Shown in pieces: positions 37,976 to 50,596 of a stretch of DNA of 64,000 nucleotides; within the stretch, counting starts at the first letter, position 1; each line of letters begins with the position of its first letter. The position numbers and the translations under genes were made by a program. The DNA lies in NCBI RefSeq assembly GCF_041146345.1, contig NW_027191404.1, positions 2,232,001 to 2,296,000 on the forward strand, given 5' to 3'. The notes below the pieces were generated by a model. That model was not told the DNA's origin and searched no databases. It saw nothing but the letters and a program-made list of their open reading frames with translations. Source of the DNA: Neodothiora populina (lineage: Eukaryota).

Positions 37976-40900
37976 TTATACCTCGGATGCGTTGGTCGAG
38001 GGAGGCGTGAGGACGAACGACGGAGCAGGGTACTTAGCTGCTAATGTCTCCATCAAGGGCACGAGGTCGGGAATCCTGAATGGCTTGGTCACCAAATCGT
38101 CCATACCTGCCTCCAGCGCAAGTGATATCTGTTCGCCTCTGGCGTTTGCCGTGACCGCAATCGTAGGCACATGCGCGACAAGGTGGCCAGACGCCTGTAA
38201 TCTGCGCATCTCACGCACGCAAGTTAGGCCATCCATGGTAGGCATCTCCCAGTCCATGAGCACAACCGACAGAGGTATAGCTTCCGTCATAGCTCCGTCT
38301 GTAGAGAGTGACTGTAAAGAAGGAGGCTCGATGTCCTGGAAGGCTGAGGTAGGCGCGTCGCCGTCCCAGAATGGTGTCTTTTGCAGGAATGCCAGACATT
38401 CCAAGCCGTGATTGGCAATGTGCACAACACATCCTATACGTCGGAGCTGTTGAGCCATGACTTTCTGATTGATGAGGTTGTCTTCAACAATGAGGACGTG
38501 TAGTCGCTGACGTTCGGGATTGCCATCAACGCTTGGGGGTGTCCGTCGATTCGTAGGGACTCGGGACAAGCGCGGCTTTCCTGGTGCCAGACTTGAGGAT
38601 GATCTCCGACTAATCTCACTTTCCGGGGTGCCGATTGCTGACGATGGTGACAAGACGTTGGCGTCTTCCCCGGCGCTGTCGGTGCCTGTTGTAGTCCAAG
38701 CATCTTGCGACACTACCGGAGTATCGCATTCAGCACTATCCGACAGAGCAAGGCGTCGCGCGCGGACGTAAAAAGCAAATGTGCTGCCCATGCCGAGTCC
38801 CTCTGAGCTTACACCTATGCTCCCTCCTTGCAGATGACAAAGTTCTCTACTGATGAAAAGACCCAAACCACTGCCACCATACTGCTTGTATGTCTTCGGA
38901 GAGGCTTGCGAGAAACGTTGGAACAGCAGCTTGATCTCGTCTTCGTCGAGACCTCGACCAGTGTCCTTGACGGTTACTTCTAGGAAGATATCCTCTCCAG
39001 TACCCCACTCAGATGAGAGGGACATGTTGTGTTCTGGGCGAGTTGAAGGGTCAATGAAGGTCAAATTGTGTGTCTCTCCACCGGGTGTTTCGTAAGAAGC
39101 ACCTAGATAAATTGTGATTTTCCGCTCTTCTTGGTACTGGGTGAATTTGATTGCGTTAGTGAGAAGATTGATGATGACTTGGAGCAACCTCGAGGGATCG
39201 AGCATCACGTAGTCATGGTTGTGTAGAAGATTGGTGAAGCTCTTGTCGATCTCTAAACAAGCCTCTATCGCTTTGCTTTTCATGTCTGCCTCGTACATCT
39301 GCAGAACCTTCTGTATGAGGCTCGGTGGCTGTACCTTATCTGGGGTGATCATGAGTAAATTACTGTCCAATTTGGACAACGTCAGAATATCGGTGACTAT
39401 ATTGGACTGATGCTGGGCACATAGGACGATGGTCTGCGCTGCCTCAACAACGCTGTGCCTGAGCTCGTCGCGTGCATTGAGGTCTTGTTGGGGACCTTCC
39501 TCAAGCGTTGTAAGGATGCCATCGGCGGACTGCAAGATCGCAGAGAGTGGATTGCGTAACTCGTGCGAAACCATGTCGATGAAGTTCTCAGACTGCCGTT
39601 TGTTTTCTTGGGCCAGCTCGAGACGTTGCTTCATCAAGTCCTCGGAGTAGTGCTGATGAGATACATTGAGAAGCCATGAGTGGATGTACAAGACATTGTC
39701 GTCGTCCCCAATTTCTGCAGTGGCTTTATTACACAGCCACGTCTCTCCGATCATCTCTTCCCCTGTTGCTTTGTCCAACGAACGCCATGGTCTCTTCATC
39801 CGGTACTCGGTTGTGGTGGAATCAACCTTCCGTTCCACCAGATTCTGCCAGGTTTCTCTGACCACAGGCAAGTCTTCCTCCACAACCTGTTGTATCCAGA
39901 CATTATCGGTGTCCCACAGAGATATGTTGTCATGCTGCCGAGAGACACCAAGCATTTCGAGATACTCATCATTAACATACAGCGTTTTACCATCGCTTCC
40001 AAAAGTGCAAATACCAATGGGGGCCGATTCTGCCAGCCTAGTGAACTTTGACTCGCTACGAGCTGCCTCTAGAGCACTTCTCCTCAGCTGCTGAGCCAAT
40101 GAGTCGTTCATCTCCTCGTAGCGCTGCTGGCTCATCAACCAAGCAGGCTTCGCAAGAGCATCACGAAGATTGTGAGCGAATCGCATGGCGTCCTCGTTCA
40201 TCGGCCTTCGAGGGTTGAGGGCGAGGATTAGAAACCCTAGGGCGCCGTTTGCTGTCATAGCTACGGGCACGGCACAGACGGTGTTGACGATGTCGCCCCA
40301 GCCACGTCCAGGAATAGATATCGCAAAGCAAGCAGGGAGTGATGAGTCCTCTGATTGAAGAGTGACGGTTTGTCTGAGATCTCGTGCACGACGACATATA
40401 CTAGCAACATCCTTCAGTTCCGAACTGGCTTCATTGATATCGAAAAATTCCGGAAAGACTGTCTCGTCTGCTTGGAGGCCTAGAGTGCTTTCAAGGGTAT
40501 ATCGCGTAGCAATGGAGCTAGAGGTTGAAGTCGTGGATCCATCGCCAACATCTTGCATTGCGTATATCATAGCATATGGGATCTCTGTGCCATGCAATAT
40601 CAATGCATCCATGAACTTGACCCACAATGCCTTTAATGTAGTCACGTTACTAGTAGCACGTGCCACATCAGCAATTATATCGCGCCTTCGCTGGGATATG
40701 ACGACTGTAGTCTGTTCCGTGAAGGAGTCTAGAGCACCTTCGGCATAGCCATGGTCTCCAAGCAATGGGGCCATCGTGACGTTCCAGTAAGTCTCTTCGA
40801 GCCGAGCGCTGCGCTCCATGAAAAGAAGCTCTCTCTGTAACTTCAAAGATCTTCCCTCAAGGATTGAGGGTTTGATTATGGGTGCGAACTGGGGCCACAG

Positions 40901-41704
40901 CTCTGAGAAGGCCTCGGGAAGTGATCTCCCCATGGCGGACGGATGCTTGCGTCCTAGGCGGGGAATAGCGGCCTCATTGTACAATAACACCATATCTTGG
41001 CCCCAGATGATGACACGGGGATCAGGGACACTGAACATGCAGACGACGACGCGTCTCAGGCTATCCGGCCAGCCAGAAATAGGTCCTAGAGAAGTAGCAC
41101 TCCAATTGAACTCCCTGATAAATTTGATGAATGGCGGGAGATCGTCGATGTAGTGCCGCGTCCAGTCAATGACTTTGGCTTCGTTTGCGCCATCAGTGTC
41201 CGCAAACCTCGACCATATAGGCACAGCGTGGACAAGTGAGTCAGTATCACCGGCATCAGAGAACACTTGCGATGGTTTATAAACAAGAGAATTCGTCGTT
41301 GAAGAGACACTCGCATTGCGTGGACGCGGGGTAGCGGCGATCCTATTTCGTGTATGCGGCTGCACTTCTGAGCCATAATCGAATGCTTGATTGTTCCATG
41401 ACTGGCTGCAATATACTATGATATATTGATGCTGGACGTGCGTGCTCGTCCAAGCTCTTCCACCGAAGGTCCATCCCTTGTGGGCGGCATCCGCAGATAG
41501 CGTTCGGGCCCAGTCCTCGAAGTCCACTACTTTATCATCTCGTCGAAGATAATCGTTGAGCGCAGCATTGCGAAACACGATATTTGTGTTCAGAAACCCC
41601 GGGAAGTGTAGTCCATTCTCAAGCACGAAGGTTGGTCTATCGTCATATTTCAGTAGCTCAAGGACCCCAATCTCGTCGAGACGGCTTGCTGAAGGTATCG
41701 CCAT
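37976..41704 (-). CDS. Hybrid sensor histidine kinase/response regulator (PAS, GAF-like, PAS, HisKA, HATPase, REC); intronless
   Basis: H box VSHELRNPL, N box NLLTNAIKFT, G boxes DTGRG and GGSGLGL, receiver LIVEDN..LMDWEMP..TKP. Confidence 0.95.
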   Translation of the reverse strand: MAIPSASRLDEIGVLELLKYDDRPTFVLENGLHFPGFLNTNIVFRNAALNDYLRRDDKVVDFEDWARTLSADAAHKGWTFGGRAWTSTHVQHQYIIVYCSQSWNNQAFDYGSEVQPHTRNRIAATPRPRNASVSSTTNSLVYKPSQVFSDAGDTDSLVHAVPIWSRFADTDGANEAKVIDWTRHYIDDLPPFIKFIREFNWSATSLGPISGWPDSLRRVVVCMFSVPDPRVIIWGQDMVLLYNEAAIPRLGRKHPSAMGRSLPEAFSELWPQFAPIIKPSILEGRSLKLQRELLFMERSARLEETYWNVTMAPLLGDHGYAEGALDSFTEQTTVVISQRRRDIIADVARATSNVTTLKALWVKFMDALILHGTEIPYAMIYAMQDVGDGSTTSTSSSIATRYTLESTLGLQADETVFPEFFDINEASSELKDVASICRRARDLRQTVTLQSEDSSLPACFAISIPGRGWGDIVNTVCAVPVAMTANGALGFLILALNPRRPMNEDAMRFAHNLRDALAKPAWLMSQQRYEEMNDSLAQQLRRSALEAARSESKFTRLAESAPIGICTFGSDGKTLYVNDEYLEMLGVSRQHDNISLWDTDNVWIQQVVEEDLPVVRETWQNLVERKVDSTTTEYRMKRPWRSLDKATGEEMIGETWLCNKATAEIGDDDNVLYIHSWLLNVSHQHYSEDLMKQRLELAQENKRQSENFIDMVSHELRNPLSAILQSADGILTTLEEGPQQDLNARDELRHSVVEAAQTIVLCAQHQSNIVTDILTLSKLDSNLLMITPDKVQPPSLIQKVLQMYEADMKSKAIEACLEIDKSFTNLLHNHDYVMLDPSRLLQVIINLLTNAIKFTQYQEERKITIYLGASYETPGGETHNLTFIDPSTRPEHNMSLSSEWGTGEDIFLEVTVKDTGRGLDEDEIKLLFQRFSQASPKTYKQYGGSGLGLFISRELCHLQGGSIGVSSEGLGMGSTFAFYVRARRLALSDSAECDTPVVSQDAWTTTGTDSAGEDANVLSPSSAIGTPESEISRRSSSSLAPGKPRLSRVPTNRRTPPSVDGNPERQRLHVLIVEDNLINQKVMAQQLRRIGCVVHIANHGLECLAFLQKTPFWDGDAPTSAFQDIEPPSLQSLSTDGAMTEAIPLSVVLMDWEMPTMDGLTCVREMRRLQASGHLVAHVPTIAVTANARGEQISLALEAGMDDLVTKPFRIPDLVPLMETLAAKYPAPSFVLTPPSTNASEV

Positions 41705-42372
41705 GCTGTTGCTGTGCTATAGTTCTCCGATCGCTGCTCCTCAGCCAACTTTCTTCATGCTTGCACTCCAAGCATTCTCGCATATCTGCGAATGGAGTGG
41801 TACAAGTTGAAATATGTGTAACAAGGAGAGAATATCTTCGCCTGCTGTAAGCAGCCGAATGGCGCCGCGCCCACATGAAATGACAACCACGCTAATTTCT
41901 CGAACCGTTTAGAAGATGGTGAGATATCGGGCCCTTGACACAATATTGGTGCTCGGTAGCTGCCGTGCAAAGCCCGCTCAGACGCATACCAACAGCACTT
42001 GTACTGTACATTGTCTGTTTAGGGCTGACGAGGCTGAGTAAGGCACAAAACCTTAATTGGTTCTTGCATAATTAGCAGGTGGCTCAGTAGTGCAGTACCA
42101 CTGTCCCCGCCTTTCTCAAGATACTGTACAATGTCACAGGTGGGAAGGTCTGCAATTTGAAGCGACATGATGACGAATTTCGTTGTCGGACACGCGCTCG
42201 TAGCCTTCTTCCATGGCTTTTCTTGATCAGATCGGTCTACGAAGCGTGAAGATCTGGGGCAGGATTGCGAGCTCCGTTGATCTTCAGATGATATGAAACC
42301 TGCAAGGGTGTGCTCTCTCACGCATAGTCCAATCCTGCTTTTCTCTACCGGTTCCTGACGGCAAGAAAAGCT

Positions 42373-43475
42373 TCATGTAACTTTGTTACTGTTGTGTCGA
42401 TACAAATAATGCCAATCGTCTCTGGCCAGATCGGCACGAACTGCGTAATTAGCCTCAGCGTCTTCCACAATCTGCATGTCGAGGTCTACCACGCCCATGC
42501 CTTCAGCATGACTGCCTAGTCGAGTTATCGGCCCGCAATATGGTACAGTGACCTGTGAGAGCCCGGCATAGCCTTCACCGGGAGGGCCTCCGACATTTGC
42601 AAATATGATGGCTATATCCTTGTAAGAGATACTATGACAGTGGACGCCTAAGAATGTGAGGTAAACTTACCGCATGTATTCTCGAAACATCTTGCGGTTA
42701 GCATTGAATCGAGGAACAGGGCTTCAGATGCTGGGTTCCTCTTGAGTCCTTGTTCACTACAGTCTTTCAAGGTCCTGCACAATGTCAGTGGCTCGTCCAC
42801 ACACGATAGGTGATCACACAGGCAATTTAGTACCAGAAGGTGGGTATAATGAAGAGCTTGGCTCCTTTCGATATCATCTCCCGGAAAGCCTCGGGAAAAG
42901 CAAGATCCCAGCAGATCAGCATACCAACCTTACCAAAGGGCGTATCAAAGACTGGATGGGGATCATGAGTAGACGATGTCAGATGCAGGCGCTCTATGTC
43001 ACCCCATAGATTCTTCTTGACGTACTTTCCAAGGATCTCGCCCTTAGAATCGATGAAGTAGGCAACATTCAAGAGTCTCCCCTCGAGCCCCGGTTCGGTG
43101 GCATCACACCCGGTTGGGTCATGCTCATCGTTGACATGTAACTCGACGATCGTGCCGGGAACAATACAAATGTTGCACTCACGAGCCAAGGCACGATATT
43201 TGTCCAGATAAGTCTTCCACTGTCCACAAGCCTCCCGGAAGCTGAGAGTATCCGGAACCCAGCTGGTCAAGTGATATTCTGGTAGGACAGCAAGCTCTGC
43301 TTTTTGTAGAGCAGCAGAGCGGATGTATGCGGCAGCCTTTTGGTAGTTTCTCTCCACTTGCATAGGCTGGAAGTAATTGAGTATTAATGTCTGCTTTTGT
43401 GATTTGTATGCTCAATAGGATTGCTCTGACCTCTGGATACATCTGTATCACAGCTACCTTGTGTGTCAATGCCAT
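42373..43475 (-). CDS. Carbon-nitrogen hydrolase (nitrilase superfamily), 4 exons
   Basis: Catalytic triad contexts VLPEY, YVKKNLW, LICWDLAFPE; RCFENTCAIIFANVGG. Confidence 0.9.
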
Positions 43476-43955
43476 ATTGAGTGCTTCCTCTGGCGGGCTT
43501 GTCGTTGCCTTATCAATCAGCATACCATACTGTATTATTGTCGAATACAGTAAGACGGAAGGAGACGAATCTGGTGAATTTGACATGTTGCACCTACCTG
43601 TAAAATTGCTTGCTACGAGTAGGACTTTCCGTATAGCCAGTCTTACAGAGACCACTATGCCAGAATGCGCCGTGCAGTGGTAACAGGGTAGTACTGCAGA
43701 GTATCCATAACATCGAATAGTGGAAAAGACCCCTCGACGCTGCGGTTTACCCCTCTTTCCACTTACAGTATAAATTTCGCCGAACTTTACAGCACGAAGC
43801 CCGATCGGGCCAAACTCGCTTAGCCAAGCTCAGCGCGGAAAAGTTCGTGAGGTTCGCACCACAACTTCAGTGTTCTGGTATAGACAGCGTGTGTGACCTG
43901 CTTTAACCACCAAATACCCGCCCATATCTCACGTCAAACAGAAGAGATTGCAAAG

Positions 43956-45545
43956 ATGAGCGTGCGCAACATCGAGGCGACCTACCAGCAGGGGCAACCC
44001 GCGCGTGTCCCAGAGGACGATTCCGACGTCGAGGAGGAGAATCTCGCCAACGACTACAAGGAGCAGGTGCAATATGAGGAGGACGACCTGGACAGAGTCC
44101 CGTCAATGAGCGGCCCCCAAGACCTCCAGGCACAACTGGTCGCAGCAGCGCAACCTCTTGAATACCAAGCCACCCTCGAAACCAAGATTGCCAGCTACGA
44201 CAGCTACTGCAACCTTTTCCACTACATCCTCAACAGCGACGGCCCCGTCGACCTCGAGGTCCCTTCTGTATGTTCCCTACACGATCTGAGAATGCGGTGC
44301 AAGAGAAGGAGGCAAGATCAAGGAACAGGGGAGGACGGACTTTAGCGAACAAGACTGACTTGACAATAGTACTACTGGGCATGGGAGGTCATCGACGAGT
44401 TCATCTACCAATTCAACAGCTTCTGCGCCTACCGCCAAAAGGCCGCGCTCAAGGCCGACAACGAGGAGGATCTTGTCATTCTGCGCGAGAACCCAAACAC
44501 CTGGGGCTGCTACAGCGTGCTCAACGTGCTTTACTCCCTTATCCAGAGATCTCAGATCGCCGAGCAGTTGGCGGCGAAGAAGCGTGGCGAGGATTCAGCC
44601 CTGTATGCTGGTGAATATGGCAACCGACCATTGTACCAGATGTTGGGATACTTCTCTCTTGTCGGACTCCTCCGCGTTCACTGTCTCCTCGGCGACTTCA
44701 CCCTCGCTCTCAAGACTCTTGACGACATTGAGCTCAACAAGAAGTCCATGTTCGCTCGCGTCATGGCCGCTCACTTCTCCACCTACTACTACGCAGGTTT
44801 CTCATACATGATGATGCACCGCTACGCCGATGCCATCCGCATGTTCACCCACATCCTTGTCTACATCTCCCGCACCAAGAACTTCCAGAAGAACGCCCAG
44901 TACGACAGCATCGCCAAGAAGAGCGACCAGATGTACGCTCTCGTCGCAATCTGCGTTGCTTTCCACCCCACTCGTCTTGACGACACCATCCACACCGCCC
45001 TGAGGGAGAAGTACGGCGAGCAGTTCCTCCGCATGCAGCGTGGTGGCCCCGAGGCCCTCCCTATCTTCGAGGAGCTTTTCCGCGGCGCTTGCCCCAGATT
45101 CATCTCACCCACTCCTCCGGACTTTGAGAACCCTCAGATCAACGTTGACCCCGTTGAGCACCACCTTGCCATCTTCATGGAGGAGGTCAAGAACAACATG
45201 TGGAGCCCCATGGTCCGCAGCTACCTCAAGCTGTACACCACCATGGACCTTGGTAAGCTCGCCGGCTTCTTGGAGGTTTCTCCCGACACTTTGAGACAGT
45301 GGCTCCTCGTCAACAAGCAGAGGAGCAGACAGGTCAAGCACAGCGAGGGTGGTCTGCTCGATGGAGATGTCGTCAACTCCCAAGATCTAGACTACGCCAT
45401 GCAAGGAGTGAGTCTTTTCTTCCAAGCTACAAATTGCAGCGCACAAGTACTGACAGACTTACAGGATCTCATCCACGTTTCCGAGGCCAAGGTCGGGCGC
45501 AGACTCGTAGACTGGTACTTGAGAAACCTTTCAAGAACCTACTAA
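43956..45545 (+). CDS. Translation initiation factor eIF3 subunit L (3 exons)
   Basis: SYDSYCNLFHYILN, WAWEVIDEFIYQF, GYFSLVGLLRVHCLLGDF, CPRFISP, RSYLKLYTTM. Confidence 0.93.
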
Positions 45546-46536
45546 GCAGCACCGTCTGCTGAAGAGTCGAACTTGGATCTGCTGCAGCGGGCCAAGTAGC
45601 ATTGCACAAAGCACAACCTAAAGTCCTCAAGTGCAAGTCCTTGGAGAGCCAAGACAGCTTGCCAAAACACCAAACGATACACAAGGCACGGCCAAGATAG
45701 AAAGTATAGTGACGGAACCGCGCATTCCTCAACCCATTGCGCTTGATTACGGCAGCATATGGGAGTAACGGATTATGAAAGGTTGGCATCCACGGCATTG
45801 GAGCGGGTAGGATGAGCCTGCGACCAGTCACAACTAGCGCATGAGGCACGAGAGAGACGGACGAGGGAAGAGGTGTTTCAGGCAAGATGAACTAAAAGTT
45901 CTAAAAATGTTTCACGATGGAGATGTTGTATGGGCGCGTTCGGAGGTAGATTTCATAGCTCTGCTGTTCAAAGCGTACTGTTCCAAATCTATCCTATTTT
46001 GCAGTCATTTTCTCTGGAATATGCAGATAATAACTGCAGGTGGATATTGACATGTGAATCCTTGGCAGAGTTTCAGATTGTTGTTTATCTGCACCGCAGC
46101 ACTACAGTGAGAAGCACCGCCGTATCTTCCCCACATATGCGTGTCTCCTTTCTTAGATGTGGATGGTCATTCCAGGTCAATTATCTACTGTACAGTACGC
46201 GGCCCCTAGCATTCTCTGCTGATCCCTTTGATTTACCTTGATAAACGCTTTGAACGTTGGCAGTGGAGAAAGTCACAGGACTACAAGCACCACTCACATT
46301 AGGTGTCACGAAACGTGCCTTTGGTGTATTTGACTTGATAGTGGGAAGGCAACCACAGAAATATTTATACCCCTCATTGGTTGTTTTGTCTGCAACCTCA
46401 CCGACCTATCTTCATCTCCATAACATCCCAAACATCATCTCTACTGCCTTTGACATCATAAAGTTCATTTCGAACCCATTTCAGCTGCTGTTGACACTGC
46501 CTCCAACCATAAACTTTGCACGCGTTCACTCCAGAT

Positions 46537-47717
46537 ATGTCTACGGCATCTTCACGCCGGCCGTCGCATACGGCCAACATGCCACCTCCTTCTGGCACCA
46601 TGCATAGTGGTTCAGGCATGATGACTTCTGCCGACTCGCAAATTCCTATGCGACATCCTCGTCCTTTGACGGCAGCCGAGCTGCATCTCGAGCTCGAGCA
46701 AGAACAGGAGGCTGTGGTGAGTAATTGGTTCTTCTTTCATCTTGCCAATAATCCCCACCATCTACGTTAGTTTGGGCTGTGTAATATTCCCATGCTCATG
46801 CCGAACAGGTCAATCGCTTGACACGTGAACTATCTGCTCTACGTGCTCACCACAGTGCATCGGTTGCTTCGAATAGCAGTACTGGGTCGCATCAGACTCC
46901 ATCCCTGCTGCCTCTTGACCAACCTAGCCACCCGATCGCGTCTCGCCAGCGCCGCTCATCATCCACAGCTTCGTCAAGGAGCGCAGGTCTAGAGACGCCT
47001 AGTACAGGTGCGAGTAGCATTTTGGGCACCGCTTCGGCTCCTCTGGGCGGTGTTTCACAAGCCTCAGCCGATCGTGCAGCAGCGGCAGGCGGTAGCTTAA
47101 GCAGGAACCCTTCAGTCCGCTCTACTTCAGGTACCAGCACCCCAGCGCGGCCGAGCGTAGACTACTCCACCTCCTTTCATTCCCTCGTCCTTCCACATCG
47201 CCCGTCTATGTCTCACGCGCCGAGCTCTGTCTCGAACATGTCCAATGCGGGCAGCATCCAAGCTCAAGGACCGACGAGTCCACACGTTAACCCCACCCAA
47301 CACTACATAGATGCCGCTGCTGCCAAAGCCGAGCTGGAGCTTGTCAAAGAAGAGAACGAGGCTCTACGCCAACGCATCAGGAACCTCGAGCAAACTCTCC
47401 GGACACGCAGGAGGGAATCGCAAGCGAGTCCAAACAGTGAGTCAGGGGCGAGCCGGGAGAGAAGTCTGAGCCGGCCGAGCCCACAGCAGCAGACAGTGAG
47501 CTTGCACCATCCTGCCACATCTGGCGCAGGAGGATTGAACATCACCTCTTGGGCTGCAGGAACTACCGTTGCAGGTCCACGGGAGAGAAGCGAGAGTCAG
47601 AGCACGACTGCTTCAACCCGAAGAGCCTTGGCCACAGATGAGCGAGAGGACAGCATCAGGGTTGGCGAGAGCGCTGCTAGTGGTGTCAGCAACGGTCGTC
47701 CCCCGGCTGGCACGTGA
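46537..47717 (+). CDS. Ser-rich coiled-coil hypothetical protein (CCDC6-like EQEAVVNRL motif), 1 intron
   Basis: PLTAAELHLELEQEQEAV|VNRLTRELSALR; second coil ELELVKEENEALRQRIRNLE. Confidence 0.75.
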
Positions 47718-48214
47718 AGGAGCTTGATGCAGTCCACAGGACGCTGCAACTTGTTGTCTTACAGGCTATTCTCTATGTGTTATCCGGTGTGTTAGGTTTC
47801 GCAGCTGTGCCAGAGGTAAGCCGGGCGTCAACAGGCGTGAATAAACGAGTCGACACGAACAAGACTGCAATACACGTAGCCACATCTTCTGTTTCATTAG
47901 ATCGCTCCATAAAATACTTAAGAAAGCTTCGGAATGGAACTTGTCAAGGCGCACTGGGTTTACTTATATGGAACATTACATAATGTCCCCGTTCGTCCCT
48001 CAAGTGCCTCGGAAAGCCTGGAGCTGCTCTGATGGATGAATTGTTTCATGCAAGATATGTGGTATTGCCTCTATTACCTATGCAGCTCAAGAAATAACCA
48101 CAAATATAGTGTCTATTAGATTCCATCCTTGTACGATTACACGAACGAAGTCGTTCGAGAACATCTAGCTTATACGCCCGTCTCTTAGAGAAACAGTAAT
48201 GCCCTCGAACAGCA

Positions 48215-49659
48215 TCAGTAAGCAATCGCACTCAGCGCCTGCAGATGCGTGCCCTGAACCCTAGCTTTCCACTCAGGCCATTTGATCAGAGTGTCATACA
48301 TGACATCGGTGCCCCAGATAAACTGCTGAAACTCAGGATCAGCCCACAGGTCCGGGTTATTGCCCTTTCCGGCACTGGCGGCCTTGATCTTCGCGTCTCG
48401 CTCTCGCTGCTCCGGGCCATCGGGGAGATGTAGCGCCTTGCGCGTGATGGCGGCCGAGCCCTGCACGGCTTCTCCGCGCGCCTTGCGCACTTGCTCGTAC
48501 ACTTGGATGGCTAGCGGGACGTCGATGGATGACTTTGCCAGCGCGACTTGCAGCACGGCGCCGTCCTCGATGGCTTGCGCGGCGCCTTGAGCCACATAGG
48601 GAAGCATAGGGTGGCAGGCGTCGCCGATCAGGACGACTTTGTTCTCGTGCCAGGCGGGCAGGGGCTGGTGGCTGTTGAGGGTCCATTCTTTGACTTCGTC
48701 TTCGGGGACGTAGCTCAGCAGGTCCTTGACGAGCGGGTTCCAGTCCTTGTAGAAGTCGAGCATTTCCGCCTTGCTGCCGTTGCGCGTCCATGACTCGGCG
48801 GCTTCGTGGTCGAGATCGGCTTGTTGCGGGTGCAGAAGCACCATGTTGTAGACTGTGTTGTTCTTCACTGGGTATGCCATGATGTGGCCTCCGGGGCCCA
48901 TCCAGCGCATGCCGACGTTGTGGTTCAAAAGCTTCATGGCTTCTTCGTCGTGCTCCATTTTGGCTTTTGGGATTAGGATGCGGTATGCTGCGTCGCCTGT
49001 GGGTGTGGCTTTGTCGACGTGCTTGTGGTGTTGGGCAATCTGTCGACGGATGTCGGACTTGATGCCGTCTGCGGCGATGACAATGTCTCCTTCGATCCAT
49101 TCTCCGGATTTCAATTGCACTCTCGCTTCGAAACCATCGTCGCATTTCACCACTTTGTGATCCGTCCGCAGATCGCAACCTTCCTTCTTCGCAGCCTCGA
49201 GAAGGACGCGCTGCAAGTCGCCTCGATGGACGACCCCGAGTGGCGCCTTGTACTTTTCTGCGACCCGCGGCATCAGTGGAGCAGCACCTAGTTCTTCGTT
49301 GTCTTTCCATCTGCGCAACGAGTTTGCTTCGAGCAGGTTGACGTTCTTCATGAGTTCGGGAAGAACGCCGTACCGACCGAGGATGCGCATGTTGTTCGGA
49401 GCCATCTGGATGCCGGCTCCCACTTCTGCAATCTCCTTGACTTGCTCTAGTATCACGACATCATGGCCGGATCTTTTGAGACCTAGCGGATAGATGAGTA
49501 CGAGGAGCAAGGGATCATGAATTGGGGTATGCTCGAGAGAAGGAGATGCTCACCGATTCCTGCAGCTAGACCTGCAATGCCGGCTCCTACGATGATGACT
49601 TTCAATTGCTTCTCGGGAGTGTGGGCTGAATTGTCCCAGTCGTCCTGGCAGTACTCCAT
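48215..49659 (-). CDS. FAD-dependent monooxygenase (salicylate hydroxylase-like, group A), 1 intron
   Basis: VIIVGAGIAGL, EVGAGIQ, HRGDL, AADGIKS, IGDACHPMLPYVAQGAAQAIEDG. Confidence 0.93.
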
Positions 49660-50596
49660 CGTGAGTGTATATTCAGACAATCAAACCTAGCTACTTGAGT
49701 CGAAGACAGTGAATGCAAAAGGTGATCCAAGAACGATCTATGGAAGGGAATACAATGGCCGGACCTGATGTCTCCAACGCTTTACGTTATATATCTTCAA
49801 TTAGGACATCTAGGGCTTCGTGACATCAAGATCATCGAGTGTTCCATCTTTGCCTTCTGGCTAGTCAATGCTGTCGGACACACACATACCGTTACTACAG
49901 AAGGAAAGCTTCGGATGCCTTTCAAGGCATTTGGGAACGGGGCACCAATGAGCTGCAAATCACCGGTAAAGAGTCTACCTGATGCAGGAGCTCAACTACC
50001 GGCAAGACTCGGGCCCTGCCTTGCTGAACTGACTTTATGGTGCTCAGCAAAAGTTACGAACAATGGGAACGGTGTATCCGGATCTACCGGACCGTACGGT
50101 TAGGGATCTTAGGTACCTTACGCAGACGTTTGAGAGGGATAACGTCACTCTCATGGGGCTGATGCGTACCTTCCGGAGGTAAGCATACGGTACCTTGGTG
50201 GAAGTTAGATCTCTCTGCAGCTCAAGGTACTCGGTCGTCTCCTCGGTAAATCAGAGCTTCGTTAGACCTTTCACGACACGCCGCATCACTGTCGGTATCT
50301 TTGATAAGAGGTCACTAAGCCACAGACGTATCGGATGGTCCAGTGAAGCAGTACGGAATTTCCGCGCAGTCGATATTTGTGGAGTGTTCTTATCTCCGAG
50401 GAGTCGTTGATGATCGTCTTAGGACTCTGACCGGACACGACAGATCATCTCAACTGCCCCGGATTTACTTGACTCAGCCCTTGGCAGTGGACTTCTCAAT
50501 TGGGAAGCAGCTTCTCCAAAAAATTAGATCGAAAAGCAACAAAATAAATATCATAACTTCTGGTAGTATAATTGGCATGTTGCAAGGCGCAAGTTC

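Noticed and set aside
34252..49659. O-methyltransferase, reductase, C-N hydrolase and FAD monooxygenase as a secondary-metabolite cluster
   Set aside because: No PKS/NRPS/terpene backbone gene or cluster regulator; genes are interspersed with housekeeping genes such as eIF3L
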